Under the pieces are notes generated by a model. That model did not search any database. It was given only the letters and a program-made list of their open reading frames with translations, and was not told where the DNA came from. A DNA stretch of 64,000 nucleotides from Piromyces finnis finn (taxonomy: Eukaryota > Fungi > Neocallimastigomycota), in assembly GCA_002104945.1 (NCBI GenBank), contig MCFH01000040.1, positions 372,001-436,000 on the forward strand, given 5' to 3'. The number at the start of each line of letters is the position of its first letter. The first letter of the stretch is position 1. Shown here one piece after another: positions 25,886 through 49,700 of the stretch. A program made the translations under genes and the position numbers.

Positions 25886-28800
25886 GTTAACAATGATTTA
25901 ATAATAATATTTACTATTTTTATTATTAAAAGTTTTCAAACAATAATTTACTATTATTGATATTTAAAATTTCTGTAAATCTTATTGCTTTAATATAATG
26001 AAAATGAAAATTAAAAAATAAAAATATTATAAGAATTTTTGAATGGTTAATAATATAAAAATAATTAATAATAAAGTTTTTATATTATTAGAAATTTAAA
26101 TTCTTAAAGGTTATATAATTTACTTCTATTGAAAAAATTAGTATTAAAGTTTCTCAATAAATGATAAAAAAATAGGAGAATTAAAAGTTTAAATAATATA
26201 GTTTTTAAGTTATAATTCTCCTTATTGTGATAAATGGAAAATATCTATTTTCTAATATTATAAACTTAAATAGTTATTGGTATATGAATATATATTATAA
26301 AAATAATTACTATTATTAATGAAAAGCAATAAGAATATACTTATTTTTTATATTTTATATAGCATATATACTATAAAAGTGGGTTAACAAAAATGTTTAA
26401 AGTATTTAATAAAAAAAAATAATAATATTATTAAAAAAATTAATATAATTTTTTTTTTTATATTGAACTTAATATTTATATATGGTAGTTTTTAAGCAGC
26501 TATTGGAACCATAATCCTCCTAAACTTTCCTAAATTACGGAAAAATGATTTTCTATATTTTTGAAAAGTTTTATTATTTAAATGAAAGTGTTACAAATAA
26601 TAAATATAATAGGATAAATTTTATTATTGTAATTTAAAGTTTCATATCAATTTGATGTAGTTTAATTAATAATTAACTTTTTAATTTAAATAATAAAGTA
26701 TAGTGTTTTAATTAATATTTTTTTTATTTAATATAAATTCAATTGTAAGGCTGACTTAATATGTTATTGAGTTTTATATTTCTATCCAATAATATAATTC
26801 TATCAAATATATTAGTATTTTATTTTTATTTTGTGTATCAATAAATAAAAGTTAAAAAATATAAAAAAGTTTAAAATTAATTAATTATTAATTATTTTTT
26901 ATTATTATATAAATAGTTTAGCCCATAGAAAATTAATAAATTAAATAATAGTTTTAATGATCCTTATTAATAATGTTTCAAATTAAGTTTATAATTATTT
27001 TTTTTTAAAATTTTTTTTTAGGAATATTTTTCATATTAAATTAAAAATTTCCTGAACTAATATATTAATACTTGATACATACTTGATACTCTGTAATAAT
27101 TCATTAATGATTAAATGAATTATATAAAACCTGTGAAATATTATATTCCAAATAATAATGAAACCTATTAAACATTCTTCTAAAAACCTTTTTAATATAT
27201 TTTTTTGCTTATAACCTACTATCCACATAAAAATATAATTAATGCTACAAAACAAAAACAAATATATACATTAGATACATTAATCTTTGAAAAGTAATTT
27301 TTTATCTATAATTTTTTACATTATATTTAAATAGTTCTTTTATATAAAAACATAAAATGTAAAATCATTTTTTATTAAAAATATCTATTATTATGACAAT
27401 GGAGATACTACAAGTTTAAATGAGGACTATTCTATTTGTATAATATATTAGCATCCTTTAATTAATAAAGTAAAGTAAAAATATAATCTTGTAGTTTTAT
27501 TTTATTAAAAGTAAGATTATAATATTATGGTTTATTTTTATTAAAAAAAAAAACGAAAATAACAAAAATAATATTAAAAGAGATAATATTATTATGGTTT
27601 ATTTTATTAAAAGCAGATATTGAAAATGATATTTATTTATTAATAAAAAAAATTTTCAATTAAGAATTATAATATATATATAAAGCTTTTTTTTTATAAT
27701 TTAATTTTTTTAATTTTCCTATTGATAAATTGTAATACAATTTTCCCTTAGTTACTATAAAATAAGGTTTCATATTTCTCCTTTTTAAATTAAAAAATTA
27801 TTTATTTATTCATTAACAAAACATCATAACTGATAATTATTTATGAAAGAGTTAATAAATATTATATAGGAATGTTATATTAATACATATATTATACTAT
27901 ATTCAATATTAAATTAATTTTTTTTAAAAATAACAAAAATAAAACAATATAATATAAAATCAATATATGTTTATAATATTTCCATATGATAATTTATGTA
28001 AAAATTATTATATTGTTTAATAAAAAAATGATAATAATTTTTCTATTTATAGAAAATAGAGTTTATTATTATTATTTTTTTTTTATTATTGATAAAAAAT
28101 TTTTTTTATTTAATTATAATTTTTTTTGTTTAATTAAAAGGCAAGAATGATAATTAGTAAAATTTTTATTCATAATATTTTTTATATTATTATCAATTAA
28201 CCAATTTATTAATTTCAACAAATGAATTTAAAAAAAAAAAAATGGCATATATAAATTATATCAATGATGTGTATTTTATTCATCATTTTATTCATATGGT
28301 GTTTATATTTAATTCAAATAAGGTTTAATTTATACTTAATTTTTTAACTTTTCCTTTTTTATTAAAGTATAAATAAATGGTTAATTTTAATAAATAATAA
28401 ACTTTTTAATTTATAACAATTTAATTTTAATATTAATATAATAAATAAATATATATTATGGTATCATATCTTATATTAAATATTCAATATAATTTTATAT
28501 ATTATTTATTAAATATAATATGTTAAATCATTTAGGATTATTTGAGGAATTTTAATTTTATATATTGTTTTTTTAAACAATGAAATGAAAATTTATTTTT
28601 AACTACCTATAAACTATTTTCCGCATAATATTTTTAATAGAAATGATAAAGTAAATCATTTTTCGTTTTAAATATATTGTTTTATGAGTTTTTATCATTA
28701 TACAAACCTTAATAATTATATTTTTTAATAATAAAAATCTCATCGTGTATTTATTTAAATCATATATAAAAATATAAATATTTTCTTTTTTTTTTAAAAA

Positions 28801-28981
28801 AAATTTTTTTTTATTATATAATAGTTATTTAAAAAAAAGAATATATATTTATTATATGAATATATATTGAATTAATTGAAATAATTTAAAAAATAAATAA
28901 GAATGTTTTAATAATAAAAAAGTGAACTTTACAATAAAGTAATTTCAAAAGATAAAAATAATATAATATTTTAAATTTTAT

Positions 28982-30055
28982 TTGGAATTATATATATTGA
29001 AATATATTTTTCATTTGGCGAAGTATTTTAATTATCCTCATTTTACATTTAAAATATCAAAAATGGTAAATAAGTTAATTATAACCATTTTTTTAAAAAA
29101 AGAATTTGTAAAAAAGGAATTATTTAATAAACATAATATATCATACAAGTATCAAAATAGGAATTTTTATTATTATCATATCCCGAATTTTAAAAAGATA
29201 ATAAAATCAAATATGAAAATTCAGAAAATTAGTAAATTATTACTTGAAAATATAATAACCTTAGATACAAATTTATATAAAAAAATTAAAAATATGAAAG
29301 GATATAAAGTATCAAATAAATATAAGAAATATAAATTGATAAAAAGCAAATACAATATGTATTCTATACAAAATTCGAAACCATGTGAATTAGTTTCACA
29401 GATAAACCATAATATTATTAACCCTATTGATAACCACCCTGAAAATATAACCTCAAAATCAATTATACCCCAGTTTAGTATTCATTGTCGTTCTAAATCA
29501 GTGACGTTTGTTGAAGACTGTCTAGAACAAATTCGACTTTTTAATATTTCAGATCCCCCAAATAGTATAAATATGACACCAACCCATTATTCTACTGGTA
29601 GAATAAATTCTCATTCTCTAATGAAATTTAATAGACATAATCGAAATGAAGAGATAATACCCTTTACATCAGAGGAATTAAAGGAAAACGCATTATATGA
29701 CCATCCAGTTAGAAAACATCGCCCTTATTCAAAGTTTAATATGCCTTATAATTTAAAAATGGATTTTTCTTTTGGTGACCCTATATCCCCCAAATCTTTA
29801 CCATCTAGAAATTCTCCTTCATCAGAAAATACTTATAATTATAAAATAAGTGATATGAAAAATAATAAAATTACGAATGCAACAAATATTTTTATCCCTA
29901 AACACAAAAGATCTCCTGTATTGTCAACTAATTATACATTTTCATCGAACTCATTGGAAAACTCTATAAATTTTATGAATGAAAAAGAAACATTACATCA
30001 TACCTCTTTTATAGTTAAATCACAACCAATTCACCCATTAAACCAATTAGTATAA
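28982..30055 (+). CDS. Low-complexity protein with PP1-docking RVxF-type motif (Gac1/glycogen-targeting-subunit-like), no CBM21 seen
   Basis: 357-codon open frame in very AT-rich DNA. Contains RSKSVTFVEDCLEQIRLFNISDPP, resembling the fungal K-x-V-x-F-D-x-x-L-E-x-V/I-R-x-F segment. True start uncertain (first in-frame ATG at 29062). Confidence 0.55.
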   Translation: MELYILKYIFHLAKYFNYPHFTFKISKMVNKLIITIFLKKEFVKKELFNKHNISYKYQNRNFYYYHIPNFKKIIKSNMKIQKISKLLLENIITLDTNLYKKIKNMKGYKVSNKYKKYKLIKSKYNMYSIQNSKPCELVSQINHNIINPIDNHPENITSKSIIPQFSIHCRSKSVTFVEDCLEQIRLFNISDPPNSINMTPTHYSTGRINSHSLMKFNRHNRNEEIIPFTSEELKENALYDHPVRKHRPYSKFNMPYNLKMDFSFGDPISPKSLPSRNSPSSENTYNYKISDMKNNKITNATNIFIPKHKRSPVLSTNYTFSSNSLENSINFMNEKETLHHTSFIVKSQPIHPLNQLV

Positions 30056-30604
30056 ATTAATAATATCATTTATCATTCCAATAATATAATTATAAATATA
30101 GTTTTTATTTTTATTGAAAAAAATATATATTTAATTATACCATAATTTATATCAATCAGGAGATTAATTTTTATATGCATTATATATTTATATTTAATAA
30201 TGCAAAATTTTTGGCTATTATTTTAACATTAAATATATACATTATTTTTGATTTTTAAAGAGAACTAGTTATTTATATACTGATATAGTTCAATATTATA
30301 TATATATATATATTTATTTAATGATTTAATAAAATTGTTATTATAGTAACAATACATATAAATGTAGATAAAGATTTAAAAGTTATAAAAACATAAATAA
30401 TAATTAATGTAATTATTTTGTACCAGATTATTTATTAAATAAACATTAAACACCTACTATATCTATTAATTTAATAAAAATTAAAAAAAAAAGAGTAACT
30501 AATAAAAATTATATATAATACCTAAGAGAAAAGAAAATTATTTTTCATTAATACTTTGGTTTAGCACTATTAAAAAATATGTGTCTGCATGGTTATAAAT
30601 TTAT

Positions 30605-30691
30605 AAATTATATGGAAAAACTTATAGCTATACAAATGGTTTATAGCTTATAGCTTTACTCATTAATAAAATTAGCTTTTCCATATAATTT
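30605..30691. mobile_element. Candidate MITE-like element or hairpin with 15-bp terminal inverted repeats
   Basis: AAATTATATGGAAAA (30605-30619) and TTTTCCATATAATTT (30677-30691), flanked on both sides by TTAT, with internal TATAGCT repeats. Confidence 0.3.
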
Positions 30692-32520
30692 TTATGTGGC
30701 TTAATATTAATTATTAGATATTATTACTACTAAATTTAAAAAATAAAATTTATAAAATTAAAATTCTACAAGGTAATTCAATTAAATAATAATTATTTAA
30801 ATTGGGGCGTATTATTATTGTTTCTTGAAAATATAACTACTAAATCCTTTTTATTTTTTAATAGATGTGATGGTAGTAATAATTTAAAGATAATAAATTT
30901 GAAATAATATTTTTTTTTATCTTAATTATTATTCAATATAAATAAATAGATTATGAAATATTACAAATTATTAGATATGGAAATATTTTATATTAATTAA
31001 TATAAAAAAAATATATTTTAGATTCTAGATTAACTTTTTTTTTTTTTTTTAAAAAAAAAGAATTTCAGGGTCAAATTTAAGGATATTAAAAAAAAAAAAG
31101 ATTTCCGAAAAAGGAAGATCAATAATAAAAAAAAATTCTAGTAAATATAATAATTTCCGAAATATAGGAGATTTATTATATATATCCTTTATAATATATA
31201 ATTAATTATAAATTTAATAATAAAACAAATTGGGAGCCTGTTTTATAAAATCCAAAATATTAACTATCTGAAGTAAAATATATCTACTCTCTCCTTTTTT
31301 TTTTTTTTTTTAATGCAAAATGTATTAATATATTAATATGTTTATTTATTTGATTTTATATGAAGGTTTAATAATGCAGTTCTATATAAAAACGTTATTT
31401 ATTTACTGACTTGGTTCATTTTTAAATTTAAATCCATTTTTTTTTTTTTTAATGACTTATAAACTTTTAATATTATTTTAACTAAGATTTTGATACATGT
31501 ATTTAAAAATACATTTAAAATTTTAAAAAATAAACACAAATGAATAAACAAATGGTTATAATTTTAATTATTATAAGAAGACCATTATTATATTAAAGTA
31601 TAATCATTGTATTTGATATTTGATTTATGTTGATTTCCAATAGGACTCAGAATTAAGGATTCAATTTTTTTAGGGGACAAATTTATGATTTCCATTGGTG
31701 GCGCTGGTCCTTTATTTTAATGCTTTCAGCACTCTTGTATATTACTTTAACTCTTTTGAGCATATTGACCATTGTTAGCTAATAAACTATTAAAAGTTCC
31801 GCAGAACCGTCAAGAACAGAAAATGATTAGTTTTCATAAGTGCCTTGTTTAATTTTGACATACTCCTCATGAAGTAATTTAAATATTTTTTTTTTTTTTT
31901 TGTTATTACACGCATAAATATTTATTGGATTATTAGAACTATAATTAACTAAATTATTATTTAAATACTATAATAATTATTCAAACTAAAAGAAATTAGA
32001 ATTACCATCTTCAACGTTATTATTAATAATATTATTAAAAGGATCATTGATTTTATTCCCTTTACTATTATACTATTATTTTAATTATCCAACCTGAATT
32101 AACGTAGACATTTTACACTAATATATTGGAGGAAAGCCAAGTCTTTTGAAATAGAGTTGTAAATGATATAGTTTTGTAAACACCTACAACTCATCAAAAT
32201 TAAAACCCAAACCTAAAACTTTTTTTTTTAATTTTTATAATTTTTTATAATTTTTATTTTTTATTTTTTTTGTACAATGTTGCAAAAATTAAAAAAAAAG
32301 TTATATTTATATAGATTATATTTTTTATTATTTTTTTATATATTAACTTTATTTATTTAAATGTATTTTTATTTATTTGTTTTTTTTTTATTCATAATCT
32401 TCTTTTTTTGTATTTATAAATGTGCTTATTGAAATTTTTATTATATTAGTTTTTTTTTTCTTTCATTCTTTCATTCTTTCGTTCTTTTTTATTTATTCTT
32501 TTTTTATAAATAAATTAAAT

Positions 32521-34370
32521 TTATTGTTGGGCCATGGCTGGAGCATTAACATTGCCTTCAGTAACATCACCTACTATTTCCCATTCACCTTCAAGATTTT
32601 CTTTCCATAAAGTAACCTTATTATCACCAGTAGAAACAGCTAAAATATTACCAGAAGTAGACCAGCTAACTCTCCAGACAACATCTGGGAATGGTTCATT
32701 TAATAAGTATTTCTTATTCCAGGTAGCAGTTGGAGCATCTTGAGTCCAAATTATAACAGTTTTATCCTATAAAGCATTAATTATTACATATATTTAAAAA
32801 TATTTAGTATTTCTTGAAAAAAAAAGAAAAAAACATATTTTACTCTTTTTTTTTTTCTTTTAAGAAAAAAAACATTAATCATACTTGTGAGCAACTAGCT
32901 AAGTAAGTATTTGGTAAACCAATGCTTGGAGCCCAAGCAATATCACGTACCCAATCTTGATGACCTTCAAGAGTGGTTTCTTCATTCCAGCCATTTGATT
33001 CTTCCCTAATAAATATTTATATTATAAAAAAAATGTTAAAAATAATGTAGATAATATGTTATTTAAAATTTAATTTTTATGAAATTTACTTCCAAATTTT
33101 TATTATATTATCACAACCGGCTGAGGCAAAACGCTTTTGTGAATTAGTCTTATTGTCACCGACCATAGAAATAAGAGTTCCTGGAACACTAGCTGGAGCC
33201 CAAGAAATGGCATTACAACCAATAGAGTGGGCAGCAAACATATTCATATCCCAAGTACCATCATCTATGATTATATATATAGTTATATTTGGTTTAATTA
33301 TTAAATCTTTATTGTAAAATTTAATTATATATACGTAAAATAAAATTTTACCTTTGCAAGTAAGAATAGATATTTTTCCATCGGATGAGGCACATCCAAG
33401 AATTAAACCATATTCATGTGGAGCCCAAGCAATTGAATTGACTAAATTTTTTTAAATTATAATGTTTGTATTTATAAATACCATTTTTTAATATTTTATT
33501 TGAAATTATACGCCATAAGAATAGCTATTTTATATTTTTACCTGAGGCTGAGTGAGCGGTGTGTTCTTTAATTTTGCTCCAAGTACCATTAGTTTCTTTC
33601 CAAATAATGACTTTAGTATCATATGAGCAAGAAGCTAATAAAGTACCAAATTTTGGATGAGCCCATGCAACTTGCCAAACTGGACCTTCATGACTTCATT
33701 ATGAAATTAGTAACAGAATTTTAAATAAATCAATAAATTATAATATTTTGATATAATAATAATAAAAAAATAATTTAATAATTTTTGTTTTATCAACAAT
33801 AACAATAATTTTTAATTCTAATATTAAAGTTAATAATATTGTAAGTAAAAAATATTTTATCGCTTAAAATGTTTTGAAGTATACCCAATTAAAGTTTCAG
33901 CAGCTTCATTACCACTTTCAACATCAAAAATCTTAATAGTACGATCTGATGAACAAGTTGCAAGTCTTTTTCCATAATAATCCATAGCAGCATCATGCTT
34001 TTTATTCACATTATTTAATACCATAGTTTATTTGATTTTTTTTTCGAGATTTATTTGAAATTTGTTTAATTGTTATTTTGTTGAAAAATAAATATTAAAA
34101 TTGAAAATTGAATTTACTTATTAGTATATATTGTTTATTTATATAATAATAATTCATTTTATTCCTTTATTATTGTTATTATTATTATTATTATTATTAT
34201 TTTTTTGATTAAATATATTTATTTTAAATAATGGAATATGATAATAAATAAACCACTATATATTTATTTATATATTAAATCACATTATATATTTTTTGTG
34301 TTGGTTTAAAGTTAATACATACGATCATATCCTCATGATGAGTAGCAATTTCAGATGATTGATTATCCAT
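32521..34370 (-). CDS. SEC13: COPII coat / nucleoporin WD40 protein Sec13, 7 exons
   Basis: Spliced: [16 protein letters not shown]|[26 protein letters not shown]...[26 protein letters not shown]...[18 protein letters not shown]...[37 protein letters not shown]...AMAQQ*. Confidence 0.97.
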
Positions 34371-35208
34371 AATTATTATTATATATGAATTAAATTATTA
34401 TTTATATATATATATTTTTATCTTTTATCTTCCTTTTAATTTTATTTTATTATTATTATTTATATTTTTTTAAAAGTAATTTTTATTATTAAAATTATTT
34501 CAATAATATTAAAAGGTGAAAAAGAATTTCCAATTAAAATTTGTTGTTTATTAATAATTATCCATTTATATTTTTAGTATTTACATTTATTGTTTATTTT
34601 TAATTTATTTATTTATTTATTAATTAATAAATGATAAAATATATACAAGATAATATTAATTAATTACAATGTTATTTTTTATTTTAATTGTTTATACAAT
34701 AACAATATATTATTATTACCTTTTCTAATTTTTAAAATGAAATCTTTTAACTTTTTTAGAAAATAAAAAATAATATTAAAAAAAAAATATTTATTATTAT
34801 TATTATTATTATAATATTGAAAATAAATTTAATTAAATTATACACGTATTTTAATTTTAGTATTAGTTAAATTATTACATTAATTATATGTATACATTGT
34901 ATTATAATGAAAATAAAAAAACTATATAATGTAATACATTCTGGAAAAATCCAATCATCCATATTAATCTCAAATTATAAAATACGTTTATTAAAATAAC
35001 TTTTGAAATAAAAAAAAAATAATAATTGTTAAACTATTAACAGAAAAAGGATTTATAATTTTGTATTTTCCATTAGTTCATATTTTGCGTTGTTTTAATA
35101 TATTATTATTTATTTTTTTTTTAACTCTTATGTTATAAATATTAAGATAGTTTTTAATTTTTTGAATATTATAATACAATTTAAAAAAAAAGACTCTGTA
35201 ATAATTTT

Positions 35209-35902
35209 TTAAATTTCAAAACCCATTATATCATCTAAAATATTAACAAAAGTATTATTATTTTCTTTTAAAAAAGGCTTAAATTCAAAATTTTCTAGAT
35301 TGTTTAAAGTATTGACCAGTTCACTATAAAGTAATATAAAGAAAAATAAAGAATTGGTATAGTTGTACCACATTTAAATAATAAATATATCCATTAAATA
35401 TAATACCTCAAAGGACTTGATATAATGACACCTTTTTTACTCATAGCGTCTGCTAATTCAGATTGATGATTATCCATTAATGTTTCATTAGGAACTACAA
35501 TTATTTTTTTTTTCAATTCTAATGAATCTAATATTGTACCAGAACCTTATTTTATATAAAATTTATTAAATATTTACATTATTATAAAATGAAAAAAAAA
35601 TATATATATATTATACCTGCATGACTAATAATAAGATCAGATTTTATCATATCTTCTTTGAAACCATGTTCTTTTATATTATCAAATTTAAATTTGTATG
35701 TAGTAATATTTAATATTGTACCATTTTTTAAAGTAAATTTATTTTTTGGAAAATCTTCTGGTAAAATAGAATTACCATATTGAATTATGAGATTTTTACA
35801 TCCTATTTTTACTAAGGAATTAAAAAACTCTTCTTTATTAATCTCTTTTAATAATTCATCATATTTTGTTGTTCCTACTGTTACCAAAGTTGTATTTATC
35901 AT
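35209..35902 (-). CDS. ALG13: UDP-GlcNAc transferase catalytic subunit Alg13, 3 exons
   Basis: [12 protein letters not shown]...LIIQYG...DLIISHAG|SGTILDSL...[21 protein letters not shown]...DIMGFEI*; canonical GT28 C-terminal-domain motifs. Confidence 0.95.
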
Positions 35903-36379
35903 TTTCTTGTGTCTATCTAGGATAAAAATTACTTTTTTTAAAAAAGTTTATTAAAATATAAAATTTAATTTTTTTTTTATTTTAATTAATAGTAATTTAA
36001 AAAATATTGAAATATATTATTATATTTTTATTTAAAATAATTTAATTTACTTTTAATTAAATCTTTTTAATTATTTTGTATTACCTTATTAAAAAGTATA
36101 ATTATTTTTTTTTTAAAAAAAAGCAAATATATTAAACTTATTATTCTATCCTATTACTTCTTTATCATATTTTTTCTTTCTTTCTTTCTATTTTCTTTTC
36201 CTTTTTTAAGAAAAAATAATAATATAATATATTATAGCGATTTTCATAATAAAATAAAAGAAAAAATCTATACATTTAAACGAAAAAAAAAAAAAAAACA
36301 GTATTAAAATGAATATATTTCCATAAATATTTAAATATAATAATATAATATATTTTATAATTTTTCTTTTTTGGAAACT

Positions 36380-46136
<9,757 letters not shown>

Positions 46137-46170
46137 AACATTTATTTTATTATCTGTTTATTTACTTTAC

Positions 46171-46392
46171 TTTATTTTATTTTATTTTATTTTATTTTAT
46201 TTTATTTTATTTTATTTTATTTTATTTTATTTTATTTTATTTTATTTTATTTTATTTTATTTTATTTTATTTTATTTTATTTTATTTTATTTTATTTTAT
46301 TTTATTTTATTTTATTTTATTTTATTTTATTTTATTTTATTTTATTTTATTTTATTTTATTTTATTTTATTTTATTTTATTTTATTTTATTT
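46171..46392. repeat. (TTTTA)n pentanucleotide array between the convergent C2CD3 and CUL4 3' ends
   Basis: About 44 pure units starting 35 nt after the C2CD3-like stop codon. Confidence 0.95.
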
Positions 46393-46744
46393 ACTTCATT
46401 CACCAATAATATAAATACACAAAAGTCTTTATTTTCTTTATTACCTATCTTTTGTATTTTATTATAATATACCCTTTTCTCAATAATAAAATATAACTGT
46501 ACTATATAAAATAATACACCAATACACCAGTATTTAAATAATATTTAATTTATATTTTTATTTAAATAAATTATATCTTGCAATATTATGAATTTGATAA
46601 TATTTCATTAATAATTATTTTTTATTTATTCATTTATTTATCAATATATTAATTATAATAAATATCTTTATTTGAATGATAAATATATTATTGATTTGTT
46701 AATATATTCTATAAATAATTATATAATTTATAAAATAGACACGA

Positions 46745-49700
46745 TTATAAAACATAATGATAAATAGTATTATTTGATAAATCTCTCTTAATATAATCAC
46801 GTTCAATTAAACTTTCAATTCTAATTTTTATATCTTGAGGCTATAAAATTATTAACAATAATTTAAAAAAAAAAATTAATTTCTTTCAAATATATAATAA
46901 ATAAAACACACAAACTTTATATTATTATAAAATTTAACTTACAGTAATAGAAAACTTTAATTGCTTAAATAATTCACTTAATAGTATTGGATGACTTATA
47001 GTTTTGCGAGCTTTCATAATTCTAACAATGGCAGCATCAATCTTCAATAAAATTTATAATATTATTAATTTTCATTATGATATATTTAATATAAAATAAA
47101 TCTTATTTAAACTTACTTGATATTGACGATCTTTAATAACTTTTTCACGAGTTGTTTTTCTTTCTTCAAGACTTTCCTTTGCTTGAATACTATTAATTTT
47201 TAGCACTCTTAAGTTACTTTCAAATTCTTTATTAAATACAAAGGAATCACTTTCAACCACATTCTTTCCTTCGGTATTTTTAATTAAAACTTTATATTTA
47301 CCACATGACAAACTTTGCAATGATTTTTTTAATTCTTTTGTATTCATTTGAGATAAAGTTTCAATTTCACTATAACTTAAAACATCAGTATTATTGAAAT
47401 GCAATAAAATAATGGCCTGAGCAAGTGATACAATTAATTCCTTAGCACCCTATCATATTAAGTTTGGTACTTAAAATTAATAAAAATTATTCGTAATAAA
47501 TTTATATATATATGTATATATATAATAATAATAACCTTGGGAAAATCGGCTTTTAGTACACAAAAGCCTAATGAATTTTGCCATTGTAATACTCTTCCAC
47601 TATGAGACTTTAGGTAAAAGTCTGAAAAAGCATTTTGACATTCTAAAAGCTTTTTTTTAAATATATATATATATATTAATAAAAAAAAAAAAAAAAGAAA
47701 ATAATATATTATTTAAAATAAAAAAATTTTACCTCTTGTGGCATATTGTATGTTGATTGAGGATATGAAGGCCAAAAGCCAGATGTAAGTACATTAACGT
47801 TTAATGATACATTACCAATTCTCGATGAATACTCAGGTTCCTAATATTAAAAAAGAACATATTATAATTATTTAGTTTATTAAAAAAAAATGGAATGGGA
47901 TTTAAATTATTATATTAAATTAATTACTTTAATAAAATCATTAATAAGATCTTTAGAAACACTCATATCTTTAAACATTCCTTCAAGTTTTGAAGTATAG
48001 CCACCACCACATTCTGTATTTACAAAAAAAAAAAAAAAAAAAAAAAATAATTAATTAAATATATTTGCATTTTTTTTTTTAGTTTTAACTTTAATTGTTA
48101 TTGTTATTATTATTTACCATCTTTTAATTTTGCAATCATGCTCTTCTCTAGTTCAATATTTATGGATTTGCTAAATAGCAATAATCTTTTTGAGAGATCC
48201 TTTTTATAATATGCTTCGAAAACATCTTTACCATTAATAAAACGGAATAAGAACATGCATCTTTCTTGTAATTGTTCGACTGTTTCTTCTGGAATGCTCC
48301 TTACTTGTCTTAGCTTATTATCAATATATTTAGATATTAATTCAGCTGGTTTATTTTGTCTTTCATTTATAAATATTTCAAAGCCTTCCTTTACTGTATT
48401 TACGAATTTATCATTATTATTAAAAGATTGTTCTAATACATCATCTAAATCTTTTTTAAAATCTAATAAGGATTGAACCATTACTGGATCTTTTGATGAA
48501 TCCAAAACATAAAATGAACCAGTTTTCTAACAAAGAAAATTCAAGATAAAATTAAATAAAAGTATTAAAATAATAATAATTAATTAGCTTTAATATATTA
48601 AGATAATTATTAAAAAAAAGATAAATAATTTTAATAAATACTAAAACCAAAAATAATATGCATTACTTTTATATAATTTAAGAAATAAATTCTTAAAGAT
48701 TCAAGTAAATCAACTCTATTAATGAGATTATATAATCTTAAAAGATCATTATATGCTTTTGAGCTTATTAAATATTCAAATCCTATAAAATATGATGATT
48801 ATAATTGATAATATAATAAAATTCATTATTTTTATTATTGTTGTTATTGTTATTGTTATTGTTATCAAAATAATAAAAATAATAATTAAGATATTATTAT
48901 TAATATATATATCTTTTAGAAATATATAAATAAAAAATAATAATAAAATAAAATATTTTACCTTTCTCGAGGATAATATTGATATAGCTTTTAATCATTT
49001 CATTTTCAACAATTAATGTGACACTTTTTCTAGTTACACTATCTACATAACCATTATAACACCCTAAATTACATCTTTCAACTTCTTCGTTTAAATAAGT
49101 TTCTACACTTTGTAAATATTCTGCAATTAACTGACCAGAATTTGTTGACATTGAAATTTTATTAATATACAATCTACTTTCTTTTTTATAAAATATTGTG
49201 GATGCCTCCAAAAAGGCATTCTCAAAATCTTCATACATATTTAAATCTATAAACATTTTTATTATTGTTCTTAATAATATATATTTATTTTCTTCTTCCC
49301 CGGTAATAAATTTTTTTTGTCTTTTTTTTTTTTTTATCAATTAATGATATAATGTATTTAATATAATAAATATATATATATATATAATTTTAATATTTTT
49401 ATTTTTAACTATTGTTTTAAGTTCTATTTATTTATGGTGGTTCTAATTTTTCTTTTATTATATTTTACCTGTCTATTTCAATAAGTGCAAGCAATTCATT
49501 AATTGCTTTAATTCTAATATTGGAAACATTTGCAACATACGTTTTAAATAACTCTAAACCTAAAGACCATAATGATCCTGCTTTTACTTCTCTTAATGCA
49601 TATGTACGATCTAAATACAAAAAGATGCTTCTTATCATAATCTTTAAAAATATATATATATATCAGATAAAAAATTATTATATAAAAATACTTAGTATAA

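Noticed and set aside
26174-26222. 10-bp inverted repeat AGGAGAATTA/TAATTCTCCT, and degenerate GTTTATTTTATTAAAA repeats at 27494-27610
   Set aside because: Short enough to arise by chance or slippage at this AT content.
27031-27261. 76-aa ORF in the 25.9-28.9 kb gene-free stretch
   Set aside because: Starts at TTG, has no motif and no adjoining exons; could be a remnant but is unsupported.
31850-32150. Fragments resembling U3 (TACTTCAT, GGATCATT), RNase P/MRP (GAGGAAAG) and U2 (TCTGTTCTT)
   Set aside because: The motifs lie on different strands or in the wrong order; the required partner boxes are absent.
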